Origin: an uncultured Chlorobiota bacterium
GTDB lineage: Bacteria; Bacteroidota; Bacteroidia; Bacteroidales; JAADGE01
DNA length: 53,649 nucleotides
Assembly: GCA_947311265.1 (NCBI GenBank)
Contig: CAMZKQ010000240.1
Location: 1 to 53,649 of the forward strand
Direction: 5' to 3'
The translations under genes were made by a program, and so were the position numbers. Shown one piece after another: positions 1 to 9,478 of this stretch; position 1 is the stretch's first letter, and the number at the start of each line of letters is the position of its first letter. The notes under the pieces are model-generated. The model had not been told where the DNA came from, did not search any database, and saw nothing but the letters and a program-made list of their open reading frames with translations.

Positions 1-1493
1 ACTTGAATATCGCCTTTTTCTGGCAAGTTCACATAAAAAATACCTTCTGTTGGGTTAGGATATACCGAAAGTGCTTTTGCATTTACATTGTCAATACCAA
101 CATGGTCGCAAGCACCACCTACACTAATGTAACTTAATTCTGTTACAGTTACTGGGCTATTGCTAAATGTGCCATTAGTAGCTATCATTTGGATAGCAAA
201 GCAACCACTTGCGGTAAAGAGAATAGATGGGTTTTCGTGATTTGCAGTTGTAAAGTTGGCATAAGCAAAGTTTGTAGGAGGATTTACACCCCATTGGTAA
301 GTTGTTCCGCCAGCAGCATTAGGTACGCATTCGCTAGTGAAGTTTACTGTTCCGCCTACCGCAATATCTTGTACATCTACGGTGAAACCAGCATCTAGTT
401 GGTCAGCCATAATAATATCAAAATAATCGGCTTTTATTTCTGTTGATGTTTGGTTGCCAGTCATATCTGTATTGGTAATTGTAAGTGTAACTTCGTACAT
501 TCCCGGGGCAGTAAACCGAACGTCTGGGTGAGTATCTGTTGCACTAGTACCATTTTTAAACTGAACTGTATTTGGCGAAAACGACCAAGCAAATGTTGAG
601 CCATTAAGTGGAGCAGATAAATTAACGAGGCTAAAAATATCATCGGTATTGCCAGTAGTAGTTGCGGACATAAAGTCGGCAGTTACATCAGTGTAATTTT
701 CTCTGTTCCATTTCAAGGTGTAGGTTTCATCAGTACCGTTTGAAGTAGCTGTTGTGCTATGCACCCATGCCATAACAGGGCCTTTTACACCAGGCACAAA
801 CCATAGGTACATATCATCATCTACATCCATAGATACAACTGGAATTTCTCCTACCATTAGATTAATACCAAAAGACTCTTGGATATGCACTCTTAGTGCA
901 TTAGGATATACTTTATGAGGCAAAATTAAAGTTCCCCAAGCATCAACATCATAATCATAAGAAGCCACATTAGGTATTACTGTTTTTCCTATTCCTAATG
1001 CTCCCATATCATACCAACCTGCTCCTTCGAATGGGTCGATAATATATTGTTCGTTATAAGTGATTGGGTATTGGTATAACTTTAAAGGTGTTGGGTAGCC
1101 CCACCACATTTTAATACTTCCATCATCAGCATAAACGCCAGAACGATTCCATTCACCGCCAGTTGTATCGAAATAAAAATAGCCATCACTGCCTTGGTTG
1201 AGTTGCTCTGCCAAATCTACACCTGTCATTATAGCCACTACTGTATCGTGAGGCAGTCCTGTTGGGTCTAGGTAGTCAAACCTTTCGGTTGTACCAGTTT
1301 CTATCAAGGCAGAATAGTCCCAAGTAAGGTTTGCACCACCTGCACCTGCCACAAACTCGTCAGGATTACCTACTTTATAATTTATAACAGAGTCGCCAAC
1401 GACAAATGTATTCTCGGCGGCTGTAATTGTTATTTGTGCATTTGCCATAAAAGCAAATAGTACAAAACTTAATAGTAAAGATAATTTTCTCAT
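1..1493 (-). CDS. Secreted PKD-domain protein with T9SS C-terminal sorting domain (partial; 3' end runs off the left window edge)
   Basis: Absent from the supplied ORF track because there is no stop in the window. ATG at 1493-1491. My manual minus-strand translation is open for all 497 codons down to nt 1. It starts MRKLSLLLSFVLFAFMANAQ (signal peptide). It has two PKD-like segments (FSPNTVQFKNGTSATDTHPDVRFTAPGMYEVTLTITN; FTVDVQDIAVGGTVNFTSEC...ILFTASGCFAIQMIATNG). It ends LSVYPNPTEGIFYVNLPEKGDIQV, a typical start of a Bacteroidota T9SS C-terminal domain. Confidence 0.8.
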   Translation of the reverse strand, partial: MRKLSLLLSFVLFAFMANAQITITAAENTFVVGDSVINYKVGNPDEFVAGAGGANLTWDYSALIETGTTERFDYLDPTGLPHDTVVAIMTGVDLAEQLNQGSDGYFYFDTTGGEWNRSGVYADDGSIKMWWGYPTPLKLYQYPITYNEQYIIDPFEGAGWYDMGALGIGKTVIPNVASYDYDVDAWGTLILPHKVYPNALRVHIQESFGINLMVGEIPVVSMDVDDDMYLWFVPGVKGPVMAWVHSTTATSNGTDETYTLKWNRENYTDVTADFMSATTTGNTDDIFSLVNLSAPLNGSTFAWSFSPNTVQFKNGTSATDTHPDVRFTAPGMYEVTLTITNTDMTGNQTSTEIKADYFDIIMADQLDAGFTVDVQDIAVGGTVNFTSECVPNAAGGTTYQWGVNPPTNFAYANFTTANHENPSILFTASGCFAIQMIATNGTFSNSPVTVTELSYISVGGACDHVGIDNVNAKALSVYPNPTEGIFYVNLPEKGDIQ

Positions 1494-1718
1494 AATTTAC
1501 GAAATTTAATTAATAATAATTTTAGGTAAAAATAACTTTTTTTATTTTCAATAACAAGTGCTACACGTCCGTATTTAGAAATAACAAGCCTGTTTCTATT
1601 TCTGCACTTCTCTAAACATCTTGTTTTTAAACAGTTGCCTAGTTTGTATCCTTTTATGTTTAAAAAGAGATTAGAACTAAATTTATTAGATTAAATTTTA
1701 TTTTTATAAAATAGCTTA

Positions 1719-1726
1719 TACCTTTG
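1719..1726 (+). promoter_or_regulatory. Candidate Bacteroidota sigma-A -7 box (TAnnTTTG) for the acyltransferase gene
   Basis: TACCTTTG at 1719-1726, 21 nt upstream of the ATG at 1747. Matches the established Bacteroidetes -7 consensus TAnnTTTG. Confidence 0.45.
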
Positions 1727-1746
1727 GAAATATTTAAACGTTAAAA

Positions 1747-2346
1747 ATGGGAAAAATAAAACAGTTTGCAGGTAAATCTTTATTAAAACTATTTGGTTGG
1801 AAGATGACAGGACTCCCACCAAAAGACAAAAAATATGTATGTATAGTTGCACCGCACACTAGCATAAAAGATATGTTTATTGGCAAATGGTATAATTGGG
1901 CACATAATATGGAGCCTAAAATTATCATGAAACAAGAGTTTTTCTTTTTCCCACTTGGTATTATAGTTCGCCGCTGGGGAGCAATACCAATAGATAGAAG
2001 CAAGGCCGCAAATGTAGTTGATCAAATGGCAAAACATTTTGCCGAAAACGACGAATTTACTTTAGCAATAACCCCAGAAGGCACTCGCAAAATAAACCAT
2101 AAATGGAAAACTGGCTTTTATCGTATTGCCCAAAAAGCAGGCGTGCCACTACACCTTACCTATATCGACTTTAAAACCAAAGAAGTGGGTTTTATGCCCG
2201 AATTTAAAATGTCGGGCGATATAAAAGCAGATATGCCAAAAATACAACTCCGTTACAAAGGCATTTATGCCGCACATGTCAATTTATTTAGTATAGGCGA
2301 AGGTATTCCTGTTTTTGAAAATAAGTTAGATAATAACAAAGACTAA
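1747..2346 (+). CDS. Lysophospholipid (1-acyl-sn-glycerol-3-phosphate type) acyltransferase family protein
   Basis: 199-aa ORF with the HX4D acyltransferase motif (APHTSIKD) and the PEGTR motif (ITPEGTRK). Confidence 0.75.
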   Translation: MGKIKQFAGKSLLKLFGWKMTGLPPKDKKYVCIVAPHTSIKDMFIGKWYNWAHNMEPKIIMKQEFFFFPLGIIVRRWGAIPIDRSKAANVVDQMAKHFAENDEFTLAITPEGTRKINHKWKTGFYRIAQKAGVPLHLTYIDFKTKEVGFMPEFKMSGDIKADMPKIQLRYKGIYAAHVNLFSIGEGIPVFENKLDNNKD

Positions 2347-2404
2347 AACACTTACTTTTTAGCTCAACCTCATAAAACAAAACAACATAAAAAACACAAC
2401 TAAA

Positions 2405-4183
2405 ATGGGACAAACATTCGCAGAAAAAATACTAGGGGCAACAGTAGGAACAATCGTTTTTAAAACACCAGATATAGTGCTTACGCACGACAACACAGCA
2501 AGCATAAAAAAAACATTTGAAAAAATGGGTGGCGAAAAAGTAGCCAACCCCGACCAACTCCTAATTGTACTCGACCATAATGCCCCCCCAACAACTGCCG
2601 CATTGGCTACACAATACCAAAACATTAGAGATATTGTAAAAGCACAAGGAGTAAAGAAATTTTATGATGCAGGCAAAGGCATCTGCCACCAAATAATGTC
2701 CTACCATGCTGAGCCTAAGATGATTATTGCCGGTAGCGATAGCCACACTTGCACCGCTGGAGCATTCAATACCCTTGCCGTAGGCATCGACAGAACAGAA
2801 GCAGCAGGGCTATGGAAACGAGGCGAAACTTGGTTCCGTGTTCCCGAAACCATTAAAATTACACTCACAGGGAAACTACAAAAAGGCGTTTATGCCAAAG
2901 ATATTTCCCTTTGGATTATCGGTATGATTCACTCCGACGGAGCAAACTATATGTCCATTGAATACCACGGCGAAGGCGTTGCCTCATTAGGCATATCCGA
3001 AAGAATGACTTTGGCAAACCTTGCCTCAGAAATGGGTGCAAAAAACGCCGTTTTCCCACCTGATAAAGTACTAGCCCAATTTTATGGTAAAGAAAATATC
3101 GAAGGCATTTGGGCAGACAGCGATGCTAAATACGCCAAGGAAATCGATATTGATTTAAGTCATATTTTCCCTCTTGTTGCAGCTCCGCACCATGTGGACA
3201 ATGTAAAATCGCTCTCCTCCTTGGCAGGCACTAAACTCAACCAAGGGTTTATAGGCACTTGTACCAATGGAAGAATTGAAGATTTACGCCAAGCCGCAGA
3301 AATCCTTAAAGGAAAAACAATAGCCGAAGGCTTTTTGCTACTAGTTACCCCTGCCTCACAAAAAATATACCTAGAGGCCATGCGCGAAGGTATTATTGAA
3401 ACATTTATTGAAGCAGGGGCTAATGTACTTGCCTCATCTTGTGGACCTTGCCTAGGAACAGGGCAAGGCATTCCGGCAGATGGCTATAATGTAATTTCCA
3501 CTTCCAACCGAAATTTCTTAGGGCGAATGGGCAATAAAACATCAAATGTATATTTGGCATCACCAGCCAATGTTGCCTACTCTGCCCTAAAAGGCGAAAT
3601 TGCTGATTCCCGTGAAATTATTGCCAACGACCTATATCCGTACTCGAAGCAGCAAAGCAAATCGCTCACTATCCCAGAAAATGAAAATAGAAGAGACAAG
3701 CAAGGGGTTTGGAATTATGCCGAAGTTAATGATTTAAACACCGACCAAATGTTTGCAGGAAGCCTAACTTACAAGGTTCTAAGCTCGTCTCCTGAAACAA
3801 TAATTCCTCATCTATTTTCTGGTTTTGATGTTAATTTTAATAAGAGTGTAAAACAGGGCGATATAATTATTGCAGGCGATAATTTTGGTTGCGGAAGTTC
3901 CAGAGAACACCCAGCTGTTGGGCTGGCACATATTGGGGTAAAAGCGGTGATTGTAAAATCGGTAAACCGCATATTCTTTCGCTCGTCTATCAACCAAGGT
4001 TTATTACTTATTGTTTTGCCAGAATTTGTAAACGACTATAAACAAGGCGATAAAGTTGATGTACAGTTTAAAAAATCAGCCGCTTTTTTAAATGGTAAAG
4101 AATATAAATTTTCGCCTTTGCCAGAAAAACTAATGCAAATTATTGAGAAAAAAGGCCTTGTAAATTGGATTAAAAATCAATAA
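2405..4183 (+). CDS. Aconitase-superfamily dehydratase, fused LeuC-like large and LeuD-like small subunit (3-isopropylmalate/homoaconitate dehydratase type)
   Basis: 592 aa. Three Fe-S ligand contexts typical of aconitase/IPM isomerases (GSDSHTCTAG, GTCTNGR, SSCGPCLG). C-terminal swivel-domain motif (GDNFGCGSSREHP) as in LeuD. Confidence 0.75.
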   Translation: MGQTFAEKILGATVGTIVFKTPDIVLTHDNTASIKKTFEKMGGEKVANPDQLLIVLDHNAPPTTAALATQYQNIRDIVKAQGVKKFYDAGKGICHQIMSYHAEPKMIIAGSDSHTCTAGAFNTLAVGIDRTEAAGLWKRGETWFRVPETIKITLTGKLQKGVYAKDISLWIIGMIHSDGANYMSIEYHGEGVASLGISERMTLANLASEMGAKNAVFPPDKVLAQFYGKENIEGIWADSDAKYAKEIDIDLSHIFPLVAAPHHVDNVKSLSSLAGTKLNQGFIGTCTNGRIEDLRQAAEILKGKTIAEGFLLLVTPASQKIYLEAMREGIIETFIEAGANVLASSCGPCLGTGQGIPADGYNVISTSNRNFLGRMGNKTSNVYLASPANVAYSALKGEIADSREIIANDLYPYSKQQSKSLTIPENENRRDKQGVWNYAEVNDLNTDQMFAGSLTYKVLSSSPETIIPHLFSGFDVNFNKSVKQGDIIIAGDNFGCGSSREHPAVGLAHIGVKAVIVKSVNRIFFRSSINQGLLLIVLPEFVNDYKQGDKVDVQFKKSAAFLNGKEYKFSPLPEKLMQIIEKKGLVNWIKNQ

Positions 4184-4892
4184 GTAGTCGTGTATTTTTT
4201 TACTTCATTGTCTAGCCCCTTGGCATCACCCGAAACTTTATCGAGCAAAGCCCAAAACTTTTTACCATGATTTTTTTCAATCGTGTGGCAAAGTTCGTGT
4301 AAAATAATATAATCTATAAGCTCAATTGGCAAACGCATTAACTGGATATTTAGGCTAATATTATTAATCCCAGAGCAACTGCCCCAGCGTGTTTTAGCAT
4401 TCCGAACGCTAACTTTATTGTACTTAAAATTATGCTTTTTTGCCAATTCGTAGGTGCGTTTTGGCAAAACTTTTTTTGCCTCAATTCGGTATGCCTCATC
4501 AATTGCCTCTCGTATAAAATCTTGCCAGCCAGTACTTTCTAAATCAGTGCCAGCTGTGTAGAAAATTTTTATTTCCCCTGGTTCTACGACATAGCTATCT
4601 TGGGTGCTTTGCTCGAAAGTAAGCTTATGCTCATTGGTAGCAAATGGCTGGTCGGGCAAAAAAAAATGCCTAGGCTTAAGCTGCTTTATAAGTTTAATTT
4701 GATTTTTTAAAATCCAATCTTTTTTAGTTTTAACAAATGCTAATGCACTTTTAAAACTTTTAGAATTAGGCACTGTTACCATCACCTGACTTCCTGCTTT
4801 TAATCTAATTTTTAATACTTAGCCCTATGGTGGCGTTTCATTTCCACAAGCCCAATTTCGGGCAATTCTACTATTTTTAGCTTAGCTAGCAT
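4177..4892 (-). pseudogene. DUF45/YgjP-type (M48-like, HExxH) metal-dependent hydrolase, N-terminus displaced by a 1-nt frameshift
   Basis: The track ORF 4177-4785 (GTG start) carries ILHELCHTIEKNHGKKFW. An upstream ATG at 4892-4890 opens MLAKLKIVELPEIGLVEMKRHHRAKY*. The main frame upstream of the GTG reads *VLKIRLKAGSQVMVTVPN. Joined, this gives ...RHHRAKY-LKIRLKAGSQVMVTVP..., the usual DUF45 N-terminus. One missing T in tatt(t)aaaa near 4812-4816 would restore the frame. Confidence 0.7.
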
Positions 4893-4999
4893 TTTGTAAA
4901 ACTAGTAAAAAAAAATGAACTTTGAAAAAAGCTTTGTTTTAAACCGTTTAACAATGTAGATTAGCAAAATGAAAGTTTGCCCCAATAATACATCAACTT

Positions 5000-6190
5000 A
5001 TGCGAAAAATATCTGCCAATATTATTATAACCAATACCGGAAAACCGCTGATAAACGGAATTATTGAAATTGACGACTTAGGTTACATCCACAAAGTTAC
5101 AGATACCAAAGGGCAGCTAAAAGAAGTCGGGAATTTGGAGTTTTATAACGGTATAATTGTACCGGGTTTTGTAAATGCACATTGCCACTTGGAACTCTCG
5201 CACATGAAAGGCATTTTATCCGAAGGGAAAGGTTTGCCCAATTTTATTAGAGAAATAATTAACCAACGCTTTTCGCCAAAAAATTTGCAAGAACAAATAA
5301 AAACCAACGACAAAAAAATGCAAGCCGAAGGTATAGTCGCCTGTGGCGATATTTCTAATACTAACGATACGATTTCGACAAAACTAAACAGTACTATCTA
5401 CTACCACACTTTTGCAGAGGTATTTACCATTGGAGATGAATTGCCAGAAACAGCATTTGCACGAGGGGAAACATTAATTTCCGAATTAAATAAGGAAAAA
5501 TTACCCGGTACAATTGTGCCTCATGCCCCCTACTCTGTACCCGAAAAATTGTTTCAGAAAATTGCAAAACAAACCACTTCTACTCCAATAGTTTCAATCC
5601 ACAACCAAGAAACAGAAAGTGAAAATACCCTTTTCTTAACCCAAAAAGGCGAGCTGAACGATGTCCTTTCGTATAAAAATTCTGCCTATGAAGGCTTTAA
5701 CTTTAAAGGCAAAAATTCATTACAAACTACCCTACCCTACTTGCCAAATAGTTTTAATATATTACTGATACACAATACTTTTACTGGCAAAGAAGATATT
5801 GATTTTGCAGAAAAATATTCACCCAATATTTATTGGGTACTTTGCCCTAAGTCGAATATTTATATAGAAAATAGATTGCCTAATGTACCTTTATTTTTTG
5901 AAAATAAAATAAAAATTTGTATCGGTACAGATAGCCTAGCCTCTAATAACACCCTTTCTATTTTAGACGAACTAAAAACAATCCAAACTCATTTTCCTGA
6001 AATTTCGCTGGAGCGTCTTATTTTTGCAGCCACAAAAGAAGGGGCCAATGCACTCGGGCTAGCCAATATTTTGGGGAGTATTGAAAAAACAAAAGCCCCA
6101 GGACTAAATTTGCTTACTGGTGCAAACCTTCAAAATTTAACACTTAACGCCAACACAAAAGTAAAAGTATTAGTAACAAACAATACTTAA
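5000..6190 (+). CDS. Amidohydrolase-superfamily protein (metal-dependent deaminase/chlorohydrolase-like)
   Basis: 396 aa with the N-terminal metal-binding HxH motif in the usual context (PGFVNAHCHLELSH) and a late GTDS motif (ICIGTDSLASN). Confidence 0.7.
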   Translation: MRKISANIIITNTGKPLINGIIEIDDLGYIHKVTDTKGQLKEVGNLEFYNGIIVPGFVNAHCHLELSHMKGILSEGKGLPNFIREIINQRFSPKNLQEQIKTNDKKMQAEGIVACGDISNTNDTISTKLNSTIYYHTFAEVFTIGDELPETAFARGETLISELNKEKLPGTIVPHAPYSVPEKLFQKIAKQTTSTPIVSIHNQETESENTLFLTQKGELNDVLSYKNSAYEGFNFKGKNSLQTTLPYLPNSFNILLIHNTFTGKEDIDFAEKYSPNIYWVLCPKSNIYIENRLPNVPLFFENKIKICIGTDSLASNNTLSILDELKTIQTHFPEISLERLIFAATKEGANALGLANILGSIEKTKAPGLNLLTGANLQNLTLNANTKVKVLVTNNT

Positions 6191-6292
6191 AATGTAAAGA
6201 CTATATTACATTTTTTTTAAATTTATAAAGTCTTTTTTGAAAAAAAGTAATACATTTGCCCAATATTATTTTTAATCTTAAAATAGAACATT

Positions 6293-7177
6293 ATGAAAAA
6301 GTACTTTTTATTATTGATATTTCCCCTATTTCTGCTATCCTGCGGAGAAAGCGAGGAGGAAATTAGGCTAAAAGCAAAACTCGACAGTATGGAGCAAGCC
6401 AAAACGACAGTCGATTTACAAAACAACGATTACATGAAAGCCTTTAATGAAATTCAGGCTAACCTTGATGAAATTAAAGCCAAAGAAAAAATTATTTCGA
6501 CACAAACCAGCGGCGATGTAGAACTAAACACTACTGATAAAGAGAGTATTAACGAAGACATTAATTCAATTTACGACTTAATGCTCGAAAATAAAAAGAA
6601 AATTGCCTACCTCAGAAATAAATTAAAATCCTCTGGCGGTAAAACAAGCCAATTCAAAAAAACAATTGAACGCTTAACTAACCAAATGGAAGAGAAAGAG
6701 GGGCAGGTGGCTGATTTAAAAGCACTTTTAGAGAAAAAAGATTTCGACCTTGCCGCACTCAACGACAAAGTTGAAGACTTATCTACCGATATTACAGAAC
6801 TAGAAGGGGCTAACCAAGAAAAAGATAATGTAATTATAGAAAAAGACAATGATTTACACACGGCATACTACGTCATGGGCGAAAAAAAAGAGCTTATAAA
6901 AACTGGTGTAATTTCTATTGAAGGAAAATTTCTTTCCAAAAAGGCAAAAGTACAATCGGAAAGCGATAAATTTATTAAAATTGACACGCGCACTTTAAGC
7001 GAAATCCCTTTAAAATCATACAAAAAAGTAAAATTTCTTAGCTCGCACCCAGACGGTAGCTACGAATTTGTTACCGACAAGGACGGTAAATACGAAGTCT
7101 TAAAAATTACGAACCCAGAAAAATTCTGGAAAATGTCTAAATACCTAGTTATTACCGTAAGCAACGGCATGTTTTAA
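6293..7177 (+). CDS. Lipoprotein with long coiled-coil region, function unknown
   Basis: Signal peptide plus lipobox (LFLLSCGESEE). The central region is rich in heptad-like E/K/L sequence. Globular C-terminal part. Confidence 0.6.
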   Translation: MKKYFLLLIFPLFLLSCGESEEEIRLKAKLDSMEQAKTTVDLQNNDYMKAFNEIQANLDEIKAKEKIISTQTSGDVELNTTDKESINEDINSIYDLMLENKKKIAYLRNKLKSSGGKTSQFKKTIERLTNQMEEKEGQVADLKALLEKKDFDLAALNDKVEDLSTDITELEGANQEKDNVIIEKDNDLHTAYYVMGEKKELIKTGVISIEGKFLSKKAKVQSESDKFIKIDTRTLSEIPLKSYKKVKFLSSHPDGSYEFVTDKDGKYEVLKITNPEKFWKMSKYLVITVSNGMF

Positions 7178-7337
7178 AACAAAAAACTTAAATGAGTCCA
7201 GTCTAAAAACTAAAAAAAGAGTAATTAGCCGCCCTACGAGTGTTGTAATTGGCTGGTTTTCAATTGATAATTTTGGATATTCTTGCAAAAAACACTCGTA
7301 GGGTTACTTTTTAGACCAAGCTCTTAAATTATTAAGG

Positions 7338-7366
7338 TGCCATCGTCTGTACGGTGGCATTTTTTT
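7338..7366 (+). terminator. Rho-independent terminator
   Basis: Stem tgccatcg (7338-7345) / cggtggca (7352-7359) with one G-U pair, 6-nt loop, followed by seven T (7360-7366). Confidence 0.6.
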
Positions 7367-7393
7367 ATGCCCCTCTTTTTATAAAGCAAGCGT

Positions 7394-8905
7394 TTATTTT
7401 TTCATTTTTCTCAAAAGCAACAAATGCAGCTTTTCAAAATATCCCGTGAGGGATATAAATAAAATTATCCCCCCAGAAGCCACCCCATATTTTACAAATG
7501 CCGAGGCGTATTCAAAATAATTAAATCCGAAGTAAATAAACAATGCCAAGCCCGAATAGGCAATGATTTTAAGGATAGGGTAATTTATCTTAAAGTGCTT
7601 TTGCCCAAATAGGTAGGAGGCTATCATCATGCTAAAGTAGCAGAAAAAAGTGGCCCAAGCTGCCCCTATATAACCAAATTTTGGTATTAAAATGACGTTC
7701 AAAATAAGGGTAACAGATAAGCCCAAGAGAGCAAAACCGGCACCGTATTTTGTCTTATCGGTGAGTTTGTACCAAACCGAAAGGTTGTAAATAATGCCCA
7801 AAAATAGGTTGGCGAAAAGCAAAATTGGTACAATTTTTAACCCCGCCCAATACGGCTCGCTGATGAAACCTTTGGCAAGGTCGATAAATAAAGTTACGCC
7901 CAAAAATATCACTAAGCAAAAAATGACAAAATATTTCATTACATCGGCATACACTTGCCGTGATTTTTTTTCTTTGTTTTGCTTAAAGAAAAAGGGTTCT
8001 GCAGCATAGCGAAATGCCTGTATAAACATGGTCATCAGGATAGAGAGCTTATAATTTGCCCCATAAATCCCAATTTGTGCCATAATATATTTTTGCGAAT
8101 CCACTACCCCAATTGGAGTGATAATAAGCACTTTAAGTAAAATCCTATCAAGCACTTCGTTGGCAATTCCTGCCAAACCTGCCAGTAAAAGTGGGGCAGA
8201 ATAAATAAGCATCTGCCGCAGCAAATCTTTTGAAAATTGAAATTTGCTGCGTAATAAATCAGGTATAAAAAGTAAAATTATAGCTCCAGAAGCTGCAAGG
8301 TTGGAGATAAAAATATACCCCACTCCTACCCTATCCGAGTAGAAATTAGAAAAAGCTGCCACATGAAATTGTTGCAAAAATTCATTAGCATTTTCTTTTG
8401 CCAAAATAAGGAAGAAAATATTGCCTGCAATATTTATAAAAATATTAGTAAACTTAAAAACGGCAAATTTTACTGCCTTTCCTTCTTGTCTCAATTTTGC
8501 AAATGGGATTGATGCCAAAACATCAAAGCCAATAATTAGGGCAAACCATGTTACATATTCCTTATTATCAGGGTATTTGATAAAATTAGCAATCGGCTGC
8601 GAGAAAAGAGTAAAAAGGGCTATAAAGGCAACTGATGTAAAAATTATGGGCAACAGAGCGGTGGAAAAGACCGTTGCCGGTTTTAAGTTTTTTTCTGAAA
8701 AACGAAAAAAACCGGTTTCTAATCCTAAGGTTAAAAAGACGATAAAAAAACCTACATAGGCATACAATTCTGCAACCACACCGTACTGGTAGGGCAAAAA
8801 TGCTCGTGTAAAAAGTGGCACAAGCAAGTAATTGAGCAACCGCCCAATGATGCTACTTAGCCCATAAACCGCCGTTTGCCCGAGAAGTTTTTTTAGTGGG
8901 TTCAT
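7394..8905 (-). CDS. Polysaccharide biosynthesis / oligosaccharide flippase family protein (MOP superfamily, Wzx/MurJ-like)
   Basis: 503 aa, about 14 predicted hydrophobic helices, typical flippase N-terminus (LLGQTAVYGLSSIIGRLLNYLLVPLFTR). Confidence 0.7.
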   Translation of the reverse strand: MNPLKKLLGQTAVYGLSSIIGRLLNYLLVPLFTRAFLPYQYGVVAELYAYVGFFIVFLTLGLETGFFRFSEKNLKPATVFSTALLPIIFTSVAFIALFTLFSQPIANFIKYPDNKEYVTWFALIIGFDVLASIPFAKLRQEGKAVKFAVFKFTNIFINIAGNIFFLILAKENANEFLQQFHVAAFSNFYSDRVGVGYIFISNLAASGAIILLFIPDLLRSKFQFSKDLLRQMLIYSAPLLLAGLAGIANEVLDRILLKVLIITPIGVVDSQKYIMAQIGIYGANYKLSILMTMFIQAFRYAAEPFFFKQNKEKKSRQVYADVMKYFVIFCLVIFLGVTLFIDLAKGFISEPYWAGLKIVPILLFANLFLGIIYNLSVWYKLTDKTKYGAGFALLGLSVTLILNVILIPKFGYIGAAWATFFCYFSMMIASYLFGQKHFKINYPILKIIAYSGLALFIYFGFNYFEYASAFVKYGVASGGIILFISLTGYFEKLHLLLLRKMKK

Positions 8906-9039
8906 TTTTTTAGGTTGTAAGTTTTAAGTCATAAGTACTAAAAAAGATGACAGGTTTTGGCTAAAGTTACAGCTATAAATTAGCCCATTCACAGCCTGAC
9001 TTTTCTGCTTTATACTAAGCATTTTAGGTAATCCTCCCT

Positions 9040-9474
9040 TTAGCTTTTTTCAAAAATCATTTTAAAATGCTCAATATCAGCTTCTTCAAATGAGTTGCCC
9101 ACTTTTTTGAATTTATGGTTTTCGTAAAATGTAACTGCCGAGGCTTGTGCGTATAGGTAAATTTGCTTGCCCGATGGTAGTACTTCTTCGAGCATCATTT
9201 TTAGGATAAGCGAAGCGAAGGCTTTGCCTCTGTATTCTTTGAGTACGGCAAAACGCTCTAGTTTTATGCCTTCGTCTGTTTCTCGGTAGCGTGCTGTTCC
9301 GACGGGTATGCCGTTGCATTCGAGTAGAAAATGGGTGGCTGATTCATCTAAGCCATCGTACTCCAAAAATTTATCGACATTTTGCTCTTGAATAAAAACA
9401 GCATCTCTAATTTTATAGGCTTTTTGTAAAAAGTCTTCCTCTTCATGGGTAAATCCTTCTATATTGATTATCAT
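9040..9474 (-). CDS. GNAT family N-acetyltransferase
   Basis: 144 aa. Acetyl-CoA binding motif-A-like segment (RFAVLKEYRGKAFASLILKMM) in the usual GNAT position. Confidence 0.75.
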   Translation of the reverse strand: MIINIEGFTHEEEDFLQKAYKIRDAVFIQEQNVDKFLEYDGLDESATHFLLECNGIPVGTARYRETDEGIKLERFAVLKEYRGKAFASLILKMMLEEVLPSGKQIYLYAQASAVTFYENHKFKKVGNSFEEADIEHFKMIFEKS

Positions 9475-9478
9475 AACT

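Noticed and set aside
189-643. Track ORFs 189-398 (+) and 461-643 (-) at the left edge.
   Set aside because: Both lie inside, in the wrong frame or strand, the 497-codon minus-strand PKD/T9SS ORF that the track missed.
4177-4183. Convergent genes overlapping at their stop codons (2405-4183 with 4177-4785, and 10407-11150 with 11147-12271) as a regulatory feature.
   Set aside because: Overlaps of 4-7 nt at convergent 3' ends are common in compact bacterial genomes, and no associated structure is visible.
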